Below, piece after piece: positions 55,115 through 64,000 of a DNA stretch of 64,000 nucleotides. The notes under the pieces are model-generated. The model saw nothing but the letters and a program-made list of their open reading frames with translations, had not been told where the DNA came from and ran no database searches. Location of the stretch: assembly GCA_963664295.1 (NCBI GenBank), contig OY760935.1, forward strand, positions 96,001 to 160,000, read 5' to 3'. This DNA comes from Candidatus Altimarinota bacterium. Lineage in GTDB: Bacteria; Patescibacteriota; Gracilibacteria; CAIRYL01; GCA-016699755. Each line of letters opens with the position of its first letter. Within the stretch, counting starts at the first letter, position 1. The position numbers and the translations under genes are program-made.

Positions 55115-56112
55115 ATTTTTTTCTTGAGTACATTTTTAAGATAACTTTTTACTGGCACAGCTACAGACTGACCAAGTGCGCAAAAAGATGTTTGCTCCAG
55201 TGTTTCCACTATTTCCATGATTTTTTTCCAAGGAATTTGCTTATTTTCTGTAATTAATTTGTATAGCTGATAAGTGCCTTCTCTGCAGGGTGTGCATTTG
55301 CCACAAGACTGTAAATTGTAGAAATCAAACCATCTTTCCAGTACTTTGCGGGCTGGTGTTGATTTTTTGTAAATTTCTATTGAGCCTGCACCAGATACTT
55401 TGTGTTTTTTGAGTTGATTTTGATTGTAAACAACTCCGCTTGCACCTCCGCCAATTTGCACAAAAAATTCAAAATTTGGCAGGTTGTTTGTGTGTTTTAA
55501 TATTTTATATATGCTCCAATCTGCTGGCAGGTGATATACTCCTGGGCTTTTTACTTCGCCGTAAAGGCAGTAAAAACGTCTATTTTCAAATTCATTATTT
55601 GCTACTCGGGCAACATTGAACAATGTTTCTACATTGTGTACAAGAGTTGGTTTACCAAAAAGACCATGATTTGCCGGGTAGGGTGGTTTTATGCGTGGTT
55701 CTACTCTTTTTCCTTCTATTGCATTTATTAATGCGGTTTCTTCACCACCTATATATGAAGGAATTTCTTTGTAAATTTTTATTTCATAACCAAGTTTTTT
55801 GTATTTTTCAATTAAGCTAGTGACTGTTTTTTTTGTGCGGTGATAATAGGTTTCATTAAAATTAAAATAAGCTTTTTTTGTGCCTAAAAAATCCATTGCT
55901 ATTTTTAGTCCCTCAAAAACTTTTTCTGGATAATGTTCTATAATGAAAATGTCTTTAAAAAGACCTGTTTCGCCTTCAGAAGCATTGCAGACAACATACT
56001 TTGTTTTGCCTTTTGCTTTTTTAACAAATTGCCATTTTAAATAAGTTGGAAAGCCTGCGCCTCCTCTTCCTACTAGTCCTGCTTTTTGTATTTGTTTTAA
56101 GATTTTTTTCAT
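55111..56112 (-). CDS. NuoF/HydB-like NADH/FMN-binding subunit (minimal form)
   Basis: GLVGRGGAGFPT..KW, CNASEGE.G.FKD, YIGGEETALI.AIEG.R..PR.KPPYP and SCGKCTPCREG...C motifs; 333 aa. Confidence 0.92.
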   Translation of the reverse strand: MKKILKQIQKAGLVGRGGAGFPTYLKWQFVKKAKGKTKYVVCNASEGETGLFKDIFIIEHYPEKVFEGLKIAMDFLGTKKAYFNFNETYYHRTKKTVTSLIEKYKKLGYEIKIYKEIPSYIGGEETALINAIEGKRVEPRIKPPYPANHGLFGKPTLVHNVETLFNVARVANNEFENRRFYCLYGEVKSPGVYHLPADWSIYKILKHTNNLPNFEFFVQIGGGASGVVYNQNQLKKHKVSGAGSIEIYKKSTPARKVLERWFDFYNLQSCGKCTPCREGTYQLYKLITENKQIPWKKIMEIVETLEQTSFCALGQSVAVPVKSYLKNVLKKKI

Positions 56113-56609
56113 TTTTTTGTTGTTTTTATTATTGCAAAGGCGATTAATCCGCCTACTATTGCCGTTATAAATTGGGGCCAGCTCATCATTATGCTTAATT
56201 TTCCTATTAGCTTATCACTTAACATTGTGCTCATTAAAAATTGCACTGTTAAAAACAGAAAAATAAATTTCAAGAAAGCACTGGTAATAAGTGCAAAATA
56301 ATTATTTATTGGTTTTAAATAATAAAATCCAAGCACAAAAATAGCATTGGAAATAATAATAAAAGGCACCATTGGTGCAAGAGGCAAGGGAAGTAGTCCT
56401 GCTGACAATGCTACTGTGCTGGGAATTAAGCTTAAGACAAGTGCTTCACTAAGGCCAACTGTAAGCAAAGTTAGTATTAACAATCCATTAACCAAAGGAC
56501 CTGTAAGCCACTGGGTGTGTAAAAATACAGGTACAATACTAATTATTACTAAATAGCTTATAAATAAAATTATTTTTGTTTTTGGAAAAGAAATTATTTT
56601 GGTTTTCAT
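56109..56609 (-). CDS. ECF transporter S-component-like membrane protein
   Basis: 166 aa, 5-6 TM segments; Q..TGPLVN..L, PFI..SN and PQF.TA..GG pattern typical of ECF S components. ATGA overlap with the next gene. Confidence 0.7.
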   Translation of the reverse strand: MKTKIISFPKTKIILFISYLVIISIVPVFLHTQWLTGPLVNGLLILTLLTVGLSEALVLSLIPSTVALSAGLLPLPLAPMVPFIIISNAIFVLGFYYLKPINNYFALITSAFLKFIFLFLTVQFLMSTMLSDKLIGKLSIMMSWPQFITAIVGGLIAFAIIKTTKK

Positions 56610-56631
56610 ATTAAATTAAGAATATTTTATC

Positions 56632-57633
56632 TTATTCTTCTGTTGTTATTAGCTGAGCTTGTTCAAGAAGAATGTCTCCTTGTTCTTTGATTTTTTTACC
56701 TAGAGGTTGAGTAGAAGGGTCATCAGCATAAGCTTCGCCAGCTAGGGTTTTTGCTGTTTCCACATGTTGAGCTAGTGCCTCTGTGTCGCCAGTTAAGCCA
56801 GCTTGATAAGCATAGCAAAGCTCTTGGAAACCAAGTGATATTTTATTTGCTGCTTTTGTTAGTCCTTGATCAGGCGCAGCTTCGACAGCTCTTTCAGAAA
56901 AATACACTGCCTCATTGGCCTCTTTTAAGGCTTCTTCAATATCATTTTCATTTAAAGCAACCAGAATGTTTATTAAATGAGATTCTGTAATGTTAAGCAT
57001 TTTTTGTGCATCGCCACCTCTGTTAATAATTAGTAATTTATAGATAATTTCTGCGCATTCACCTCTTGTTAAAGCTTTTTCAGGTTCTAATCTGTTGTCT
57101 AAAGTAGGGGAAATAATGCCAACAATTTTAGCATAGCTCATATAAGGCAAAAACCATTGGCCAGCAGAAGTATCCGCAGAAACACCTTCTGTTAGATTTT
57201 GATGCTTTGTTAGGTCTATTTCAAAGCTTTCTAAAAGCATTTTGAGAAATTCAGCTTTTTTAACTTGTTGAGTTGGGGTGAATTTTCCTGTGTCACCTTG
57301 CCCTTTGACTATTCCTATTTCTTTGGCTTTTTTTGTGTAGCGAGCAAACCAATCAGAAGTATTTACATCTGGAAAACCTGTTTCTTTTAATTCTTCTTCT
57401 TCGTTTATTTCTATTTTTGCGCTTAACAATATCATTTTTAAGGCGGCTGCTCTGTTTACTGAATCTTCTGGGCGAAAAGTGCCATCTGGATTGCCATTAA
57501 CTATGCCAAGATTTTTTAATGATTCTATAGCTGCATAATTTTCATGAGTTTCTGGTACATCAGAGAAAGAAGCACCCAAAGTTATTGGCATAAATAAGGC
57601 GAGTGATATGATTATTACTAAGAATTTTTTCAT
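56632..57633 (-). CDS. S-layer homology (SLH) domain protein
   Basis: Signal peptide and three SLH repeats (FSDVP..H....AI..L...GIVNG.PDGTFRPE..VNRA; FPDV...WF; LTRGE.A), then a helical C-terminus. Confidence 0.92.
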   Translation of the reverse strand: MKKFLVIIISLALFMPITLGASFSDVPETHENYAAIESLKNLGIVNGNPDGTFRPEDSVNRAAALKMILLSAKIEINEEEELKETGFPDVNTSDWFARYTKKAKEIGIVKGQGDTGKFTPTQQVKKAEFLKMLLESFEIDLTKHQNLTEGVSADTSAGQWFLPYMSYAKIVGIISPTLDNRLEPEKALTRGECAEIIYKLLIINRGGDAQKMLNITESHLINILVALNENDIEEALKEANEAVYFSERAVEAAPDQGLTKAANKISLGFQELCYAYQAGLTGDTEALAQHVETAKTLAGEAYADDPSTQPLGKKIKEQGDILLEQAQLITTEE

Positions 57634-57707
57634 AATTATGATTTAAAGTTTGTATTTTTTAAAAATTTTACAGTAATTTGTCAAAAAGACAAAATTATTT
57701 TTTAGTT

Positions 57708-60059
57708 TTAATAAGTTCTTAATCTTTCCCAATGAGCTGATCCAGAAGTATTTTCTATGTTAACATAAATTCTATCATTACTTGTGTTTACCCAAATTGT
57801 GCCTACTGCATAGCCATCATCAATATCATCATTAGAGTCTGGATTACTTGTGTCAAGGTGTTGCGACGCTCCCAAACTGGTATTTGAGCTATTGTCACTT
57901 ATCCACTCTGTGGTGTTTTCAAATTTATTATTACTAATTAAGGTTCGATCAGATGAAGAGTCAATATCTATGCCAATATCCCAAGAATATGTGCCACCAG
58001 TAATCATATTATTGGCAAAAATATTATCATCATTATTACCTTCTGTATAAAAAGCAGTTGCATCTGATGTGTCTGAAGCACCTTTCACCACATTTCCTTG
58101 GAAGATATTTCTGTGTACTTCTGTATCGCTATCTGAGCTTCCTATGGTAAAGCCTCTATTAAAGCCACTTCCACTATTTGCTGTGCCATCAATTGTGTTT
58201 GAAGAAAAGTTTGAATCAGTCACTTGTCTTGAGGCAGGTCCGCCAAATCCTTCAATTACTATTCCTTGAGAATTTGAGCTTAATGATCCGCTAACCACAT
58301 TGGCGGTCATGTTTACTCTGCTTGAATCACCAATAAAAATTCCATAACTTGTCCATGTGCCTGCGCCCATTCGTGAAAATCGATTATTGTATAGTGAACT
58401 GTCTTCTACGCCTACAAAAACCGCTACTGTTTCGCGTACATAATCAACATTATTACTTTCTATTAAAGCATTTCTGATTGTATTTCCATTTGTCCAAACT
58501 CCACTTCCTGAACCATAGCCATCACCACCGCTAACATGAATTCCATCTGTAAAATAACTACTCACAGTGCTGTCACCAAAAATACGACAATTTTTTATTA
58601 CTGGTCTTAATAAATCTTCACTAGTTCCATCTAAGAATTGAATTCCTATGCGGGCTGAATCACCACTTCCTGATTGTCCTGAAGTTTTTATTACTGTGAT
58701 GTTGTATAGCTGTATATCTTTTCCACCTGTTGCTCTGATGCCGTGGATACTTGGGCCATCTACTTCTAATTTAAAATCTTTAAGAATTACATTATCTACT
58801 GGAGTGGAGCCGTCAGCTGATCCTATTTGAATTGCTGATGTAGTTGTGCTTGATCCAGAAAAACTGCTTAAAACTTTGATCACAGAAGAGTCGCCATAGC
58901 CAATAATTTCAATATTGTCATGATTTATATTGACTGTTTCTTCAATTTCGTGAGTTCCAGGCAGTAGCGTGATTATTCCTCCACTTGGTAAACTATTGAT
59001 CAATGCTTGTAAATTCATTTCTGGATAAGCGAAGATTGTACTACTTGGATAAGTTGTGATGTTGCCAGTAGTGACGGCATTAACTGAACCTGAAAGTGCA
59101 ATATCCCAATCACTAAAATTTAGAGAGCCATTTCCACCTTGTGCTCCAATAAAAAAAGTTGAACCAGAATTAAAATTTGTACTTGCTTGTGCAGGTACTA
59201 TGTTTGCTGTTCCGGAAATTGAAGAAGAAGGGCTAACAAAACGAGTAATTACTGTTGGAGCTGGTGTTAATGAGCTATTCATTAAAAATTTATCATCTTC
59301 AGTAATAAAATTTACCCATTTAAAAAGCAAGGCGCTGTTTGTGCCTGTGCCGTCTTTGACATTAATTCCATAATCACTACTTAAGCTTGAATCAGCTTCA
59401 ATAATCATATTGTCAAATTGTGTGTTTTTGGCGATTATTTGACCATTATTTACAATTAGTATTTTTGTGTCTGTTTCACTTGCGCCAATAAGATTAATAT
59501 TTTCCAGATCCACACTTGTTGTGATTTGGTGAATTTCTGGAGTAAGCAAAATAATTCCACCTGTTAATCCATTTAGGTAAGTAGCTGCTTCAGCAATTGT
59601 TGCGTAGTTTCCACCTGAACCTACTGTCACCACCTTACTAGTTGCAGTTGTTGTTGTGGCAATAACTGCCCAATTGTAAACACTGGCACTTTCTTCAATA
59701 CAAATAAAACCATTTTTTGAACTTGTATTGTAGTATTGCCTACCTACATTGTTTATGTCGCAAGTTGGTGCTGAGCTATTATTTTCTAGGCGAAAATTAA
59801 TAATTTCATTGCCATTGAAATTTAGGTCGTTACTGATGGTGAAATATGAATTAGCTTCATCCCAAAGCAAAAATTCATTTAAAGAAGATCCAAATTGAAG
59901 TTTCATGTCACCGGTTGCATCTTCTTCATTGATTAAAAGAGTGTTTTGTTCAATGCCATAATCAATGTCACCACTAAACAAAATAAGCTCTTCAGCAAGG
60001 GATATTGGGAGAAGTAAAAATATGCTTATTATGATGCCGAAAAGCCTTTTTATAATCAT
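57708..60059 (-). CDS. Secreted fibre/spike-like protein with right-handed beta-helix
   Basis: Signal peptide; shared N-module LQFG..LNE.L.WD.A; YATIAEA...GG.I.L.P and LQALINSLPSGG.I.LLPG beta-helix caps; C-terminal P...DD..GY.VG..W.NT. Confidence 0.8.
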   Translation of the reverse strand: MIIKRLFGIIISIFLLLPISLAEELILFSGDIDYGIEQNTLLINEEDATGDMKLQFGSSLNEFLLWDEANSYFTISNDLNFNGNEIINFRLENNSSAPTCDINNVGRQYYNTSSKNGFICIEESASVYNWAVIATTTTATSKVVTVGSGGNYATIAEAATYLNGLTGGIILLTPEIHQITTSVDLENINLIGASETDTKILIVNNGQIIAKNTQFDNMIIEADSSLSSDYGINVKDGTGTNSALLFKWVNFITEDDKFLMNSSLTPAPTVITRFVSPSSSISGTANIVPAQASTNFNSGSTFFIGAQGGNGSLNFSDWDIALSGSVNAVTTGNITTYPSSTIFAYPEMNLQALINSLPSGGIITLLPGTHEIEETVNINHDNIEIIGYGDSSVIKVLSSFSGSSTTTSAIQIGSADGSTPVDNVILKDFKLEVDGPSIHGIRATGGKDIQLYNITVIKTSGQSGSGDSARIGIQFLDGTSEDLLRPVIKNCRIFGDSTVSSYFTDGIHVSGGDGYGSGSGVWTNGNTIRNALIESNNVDYVRETVAVFVGVEDSSLYNNRFSRMGAGTWTSYGIFIGDSSRVNMTANVVSGSLSSNSQGIVIEGFGGPASRQVTDSNFSSNTIDGTANSGSGFNRGFTIGSSDSDTEVHRNIFQGNVVKGASDTSDATAFYTEGNNDDNIFANNMITGGTYSWDIGIDIDSSSDRTLISNNKFENTTEWISDNSSNTSLGASQHLDTSNPDSNDDIDDGYAVGTIWVNTSNDRIYVNIENTSGSAHWERLRTY

Positions 60060-60132
60060 TAGGGAATTTAAGTGATACTATTCATATAATTATATCACTT
60101 TGAGAGTTTTTTTTCAATGTTTTATCGCTTTA

Positions 60133-61467
60133 TTAAGGCTTTTTTTCTGTTATTACCCAAGATTGATTAGCAATCATATCTGAACTATAAGCTGAGCCCT
60201 CTCTCATGCATAAAATTTCATAATATTCATCATCAGAGCTGGTTTCGATAATAAAATTTGCTGTATTTGTTGCAAATTCATCAGTTGTATTTCTTGAGTA
60301 TGAATATGAATCAGAAGGGGTGACTTTTGTTGTGCCATTTAATCTTGCCCAACAATGTACATTTTTTCTTCCGCTTGTCTGGCTTTCATGAGAAATACTA
60401 TAAGAAATAGTATAAACACCTGCTTCATCAAGATATATTCTGCTATTGTTTGTTGATGTGTTGTGTGTTATTCCGCTGTCTTTTAGGCTTTCTTGGTTCC
60501 AGGGAATAGTTGTGGCAGTATCTGTGTTAACATCTGTTCCGCCGGTGCTATCATAAAACTGCGCCATTATTCTTGTTATTTCTGACCCCGATGAACTACC
60601 AGAAGAAACTCCTTGTTTCATTTGGGTTATTGTTAGTGTTGTTTCATTTATGATTTCATTTGATGTTGTGCGCATAACCTGTAAGGTAATGTAATCATTT
60701 GTGCTTAATTCTGCCAAAAATACTGCTGTTGTAGGACCATATTCATTTCCATAGTTGCGATTTACTAAATATGAGCCATTTAGCACTGTTGAATCATTTG
60801 CTCTTACTCTTGTTTCTAATTGATGTGTACTTGAATTATTTGCATTTACTTGATAAGAAATAAGATAAAGTCCGCTTTCTTTAATATCAATCCTATCCGT
60901 ATTGCTAGTATTGTGCTCAAGAATGGTGTCATCTGTTTCTATGTCTGTTGTGTCTAGCTCAAGATCATACCAAGTGCTTGTTGAAGACATTGTATAATCT
61001 GTTGTGCGACGAGCTTGTACTGCTGGTTGATCACTTGCTGTGACTGTGCCACCTCCGCCATTTATTGTTTCCCAACTTGTGCCATTGCAAACATAAGTAT
61101 TATTGTCTGCGGTGTTAAAATAAATTCTTCCTTGCGAACTACTGTCGCAAGTTGGCGCAGTAGCAAGGTTTTCAATATTAAAATTTAATAATTCATTTCC
61201 GCCTAAGTTAAGGTCATTACTAAGAGTAAAATAAGAATTTGCATTATCCCAAACAAGATACTCATTAAGAGTTTGTCCAAATTGTAATTTGGTGTTTTCT
61301 GTTGAATTTTCTGCATTGATAATTAAAATATTTTGATCAATTTCATATTCTTCATCACCAGTATAAAGCGCAATTTCGCTTGCGTTAGCAAAATTGTGCA
61401 GAAATACGCATATTATAGCCATTATTGAGATTTTTTGTTTTAGGGGCATGAATAAAGTTTTGTTCAT
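60133..61467 (-). CDS. Secreted fibre-like protein with two C1q/TNF-like C-terminal domains
   Basis: Same N-module as 57708-60059; two repeats of H....RI.I...G.Y.ISY....ELS..DY. Confidence 0.75.
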   Translation of the reverse strand: MNKTLFMPLKQKISIMAIICVFLHNFANASEIALYTGDEEYEIDQNILIINAENSTENTKLQFGQTLNEYLVWDNANSYFTLSNDLNLGGNELLNFNIENLATAPTCDSSSQGRIYFNTADNNTYVCNGTSWETINGGGGTVTASDQPAVQARRTTDYTMSSTSTWYDLELDTTDIETDDTILEHNTSNTDRIDIKESGLYLISYQVNANNSSTHQLETRVRANDSTVLNGSYLVNRNYGNEYGPTTAVFLAELSTNDYITLQVMRTTSNEIINETTLTITQMKQGVSSGSSSGSEITRIMAQFYDSTGGTDVNTDTATTIPWNQESLKDSGITHNTSTNNSRIYLDEAGVYTISYSISHESQTSGRKNVHCWARLNGTTKVTPSDSYSYSRNTTDEFATNTANFIIETSSDDEYYEILCMREGSAYSSDMIANQSWVITEKKP

Positions 61468-61523
61468 ACAATTATATCATTTGTAAGCCATTTTTTCAAT
61501 CATTTCTTAGTTTAGGAATATAA

Positions 61524-61554
61524 AAAAACACACTGACTTAGTCAGTGTGTTTTT
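61524..61554. terminator. Intrinsic terminator hairpin
   Basis: AAAAACACACTGACT-T-AGTCAGTGTGTTTTT just downstream of the 666-aa gene. Confidence 0.75.
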
Positions 61555-61576
61555 AGTCTCAATTTTTACTTTTATC

Positions 61577-63577
61577 TTATGAAGATTGAAGCGCTGTTGA
61601 GTTGTATCTTAGAACAATTTCCCCGATATATGGTGAGTAGTAAGTGCCTGCATTATAGCGTCCGTAACCTTTTACTGTGATGTAAACATAATCACCAGCA
61701 CTTGATGCACCGCCTGCAAAATCTTGTGCTAGTTCTGTCCAGGCTGTGTTGTATAGACCTGTTGAAGTCGCAATTGTTGTACCAGCTTCATCTTGAACTG
61801 TGATATCTAATTGTGTGTCTGATGTTGTTCCAGGGGCAGTATCATTTTTATAGAAGAAACTTAGATTGTTTCCAGAAGCTACGCTCCAGTCTTTGAAATC
61901 TTCAGGTAATTTTACTTTAAATCTTAGGGTTAAGTCTTGTTGTGCAGTACGGCGTGTTTTGAGGATATAATATTGGTGAGGATTTGCACCTGTTTCGCTA
62001 TCTGTGTATAGATTTGCTCTATTATTTGTGCCGTCTTCCTGAACAGTTAGGTCGTTCATAGAAACAAACATTGTTTGATCGTTTGTTCCTCCAGAAAGAG
62101 TGTCAATAGCTTGGTTCAAATCTTCCAAAGAGCCTGTGATTGTGTCGCCGTCTGTTAGGCTTAGTCCATCTGTGTAATCTCTATCACCAATAGCTACACT
62201 CAAATCTTCTACAGAGCCTGTGACAGTATCACCGTCTGTGACAACATTACCGTCTGTATAATCACGAGCTCCAATAGCAACATCAATGTTATCTACAGAA
62301 GTAGCTAGAGATTCACCACTTGTGATAATGTTTTCTTCTGTATATGCAGTTCTGTCGCCAATGGCAGCGTCAATATCTTCTGTCACTAGCTGTACATCTG
62401 TATTGTTTGAGTTATCAAAGTTATCAACTAAAGGTAGGTCTGCACCACTGATTTGTCCTGCGCCTGTGCCCCAGTCGATACTATCTTGATCAATTGAGTC
62501 ATCAATAATTACTTCACCATCAAGATTACCAGCAGCGTTTGTGATTGCAACATCGCCTGTTCCTGCTGTGATAGTACCATCAACATCGAGAGCACCTCCC
62601 ATTGTAGTATTAGAGTCAACATTAAGAGTGCCAGCGATATCAACATTACCGTTTGCATCAAAATTGCCATCTACTCTAGAATGACCAACTACGCGGAAAT
62701 TTTGATCAACTTGAGCATCGCCACCGATTGTAACATTGTCAGTCACATCAAGATCTGTGCCTACGCTCATAGTGCTATCTGAAGAGATGGTATTACCAGA
62801 AATGTCGCCAGTTGTGTCAATATTACCAGTTGCTGAAATTCCTCCTTGAATAGTTAGATCATCAGTAATTACAAAATTACCAGCAGAAGTATCCCAGTAA
62901 AGTTGTTCATTGATAGTATTTCCAAATGCCAAAGTGACATCAGCACCAGCAGGAAGATCATCAGTATCAATGACAAAAAGATTACTTTTTGTACCTGTGA
63001 TATTAGTATCACCTCCGCCAAGAGCTTGATCTAAGGCGTCAATAGAAGCTGTCACTGTTTCGCCGTCACTAACAAAGTTGTTTGAAGTATAGTCACGATT
63101 TCCAACTTCAGTATTGATAGTTTCCATGTTGTCCGCTAAAGAATTAGCTTCGTCAACATCTTGCAACATATAATAGTTGCCATTTGTATAATCTTGGTCA
63201 CCAACTTCAGTGTCCAATTCAGAAACATCAACACCATCTACTGTTTCACCAGCTTGCATGTTTACACTGCCTGTTAGATCAATATCGCCAGTAACACCTA
63301 GGTCACCAGTAACATTAACATCATCAGTGAAAACAAACTCACTTTGGTCAATATCCCAATATAATTGGTGAAGACCAGTTCCAAATTGGAGTGTGATGTT
63401 TTCTGTTGCCGCACTATCACCGTCATTGTCCAAAATAAGCAAGTTAGAGTTTTCCTCTTTTTGTTCATTGCTGTAGATTTGGATTTCGTCGGCCTGTGCT
63501 GTGGCTAATCCTTGAGACAAAACCATGGCAAATGCCAGGCTTGTGCTGAGGATTTTTCGTAATTTTTTGTGTTTCAT
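61577..63577 (-). CDS. Secreted acidic fibre-like protein with repeated stalk motifs
   Basis: Signal peptide; two copies of the SNL..D.D....TL.FG....L.WD...FV.TDD module; about 6 repeats of IG.RDY....V.DG.T.T.S...L; V.G.L.V.G beta repeats. Confidence 0.8.
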   Translation of the reverse strand: MKHKKLRKILSTSLAFAMVLSQGLATAQADEIQIYSNEQKEENSNLLILDNDGDSAATENITLQFGTGLHQLYWDIDQSEFVFTDDVNVTGDLGVTGDIDLTGSVNMQAGETVDGVDVSELDTEVGDQDYTNGNYYMLQDVDEANSLADNMETINTEVGNRDYTSNNFVSDGETVTASIDALDQALGGGDTNITGTKSNLFVIDTDDLPAGADVTLAFGNTINEQLYWDTSAGNFVITDDLTIQGGISATGNIDTTGDISGNTISSDSTMSVGTDLDVTDNVTIGGDAQVDQNFRVVGHSRVDGNFDANGNVDIAGTLNVDSNTTMGGALDVDGTITAGTGDVAITNAAGNLDGEVIIDDSIDQDSIDWGTGAGQISGADLPLVDNFDNSNNTDVQLVTEDIDAAIGDRTAYTEENIITSGESLATSVDNIDVAIGARDYTDGNVVTDGDTVTGSVEDLSVAIGDRDYTDGLSLTDGDTITGSLEDLNQAIDTLSGGTNDQTMFVSMNDLTVQEDGTNNRANLYTDSETGANPHQYYILKTRRTAQQDLTLRFKVKLPEDFKDWSVASGNNLSFFYKNDTAPGTTSDTQLDITVQDEAGTTIATSTGLYNTAWTELAQDFAGGASSAGDYVYITVKGYGRYNAGTYYSPYIGEIVLRYNSTALQSS

Positions 63578-63732
63578 TTTTGTGTTTTTAAATAGGGAAA
63601 TTTTTAAATTATCAGAAAATTATAACCCAAAAAAATAAAAAAGTCAAAGGTAAAAAAAATAAGCAAGAATAAAACACTATAAGTTGATTTTTGCAGTATT
63701 TTTTGATATTATATAAGGATATAAAACAAAAA

Positions 63733-64000
63733 TTGAAAAAACAAAAATTAGCTATATTTTTATTATTGGCTTTTGCCTTAACAAAAACCTGCTTTGCAAG
63801 TAGTAGTGCTGATTTTAAATTAGAATATGATTCGATAGACACTTCTTTTAGTGCTTTATATGGAGATGATTTTTATATAGACGGAGGAATGATTTCAATT
63901 CAACGCATTGGGTCTTCTGCTGACTTTAAAATAGAGCCTATTTTTTTAACTGACCCTGCTGGGCCTACTTGTGGCAATGGTGTTATAGATAGCGGTGAAA
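63733..64000 (+). CDS. Partial secreted protein with Cys-rich CGNG repeat (Myxococcus Cys-rich/DUF4215-like), runs off the window
   Basis: My translation from TTG 63733: MKKQKLAIFLLLAFALTKTCFASSSADFKLE...PTCGNGVIDSGE, with no stop before the window end. Confidence 0.7.
   Translation, partial: MKKQKLAIFLLLAFALTKTCFASSSADFKLEYDSIDTSFSALYGDDFYIDGGMISIQRIGSSADFKIEPIFLTDPAGPTCGNGVIDSGE

Noticed and set aside
63612-63842. 76-aa minus-strand ORF
   Set aside because: It overlaps the more convincing plus-strand signal-peptide ORF starting at 63733 and an AT-rich promoter region.

Overview
AT-rich bacterial chromosomal window read in genetic code 11 (TGA is used as a stop, and a 4734-codon ORF has no in-frame TGA). 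Gene content suggests a Patescibacteria/CPR organism of the Peregrinibacteria/Gracilibacteria-like type (inference): A-rich leaders without Shine-Dalgarno sites, many orphan genes, giant surface proteins and fermentative enzymes. Housekeeping and metabolic genes include rpmA, truB, murE, dgt, nnrD, aroD, comEC, pflA, an ADP-forming acetate-CoA ligase and RND, MFS, DMT, AI-2E and LysE transporters. The main oddities are: (1) all three tRNA genes (Leu-GAG, Ala-TGC, Lys-CTT) sit in tandem arrays built from pieces of that same tRNA; at Ala and Lys the units follow one sense-antisense-sense fold-back plan with a related ~50-nt hairpin inserted in the T-loop, and the Leu and Lys arrays share palindromic modules; (2) two copies of a stem-loop carrying GTGCCGCCAAGC, whose core CGCCAAGC recurs at the starts of two nearby envelope genes; (3) a translationally coupled operon of an ECF S-component-like gene, a truncated NuoF/HydB and a [FeFe]-hydrogenase, with no maturase genes in the window; (4) a 4734-aa surface protein with about 36 NHL blades and domains nested inside domains; (5) three paralogous secreted fibre-like proteins with a shared N-terminal module and swapped C-termini next to an SLH gene; (6) orphan genes sharing an identical N-terminal cassette; (7) a TGTCA/TGACA REP-like cluster. 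No CRISPR array, integrase, transposase or reverse transcriptase was recognised. All family assignments come from motif recognition by eye, not from database searches.
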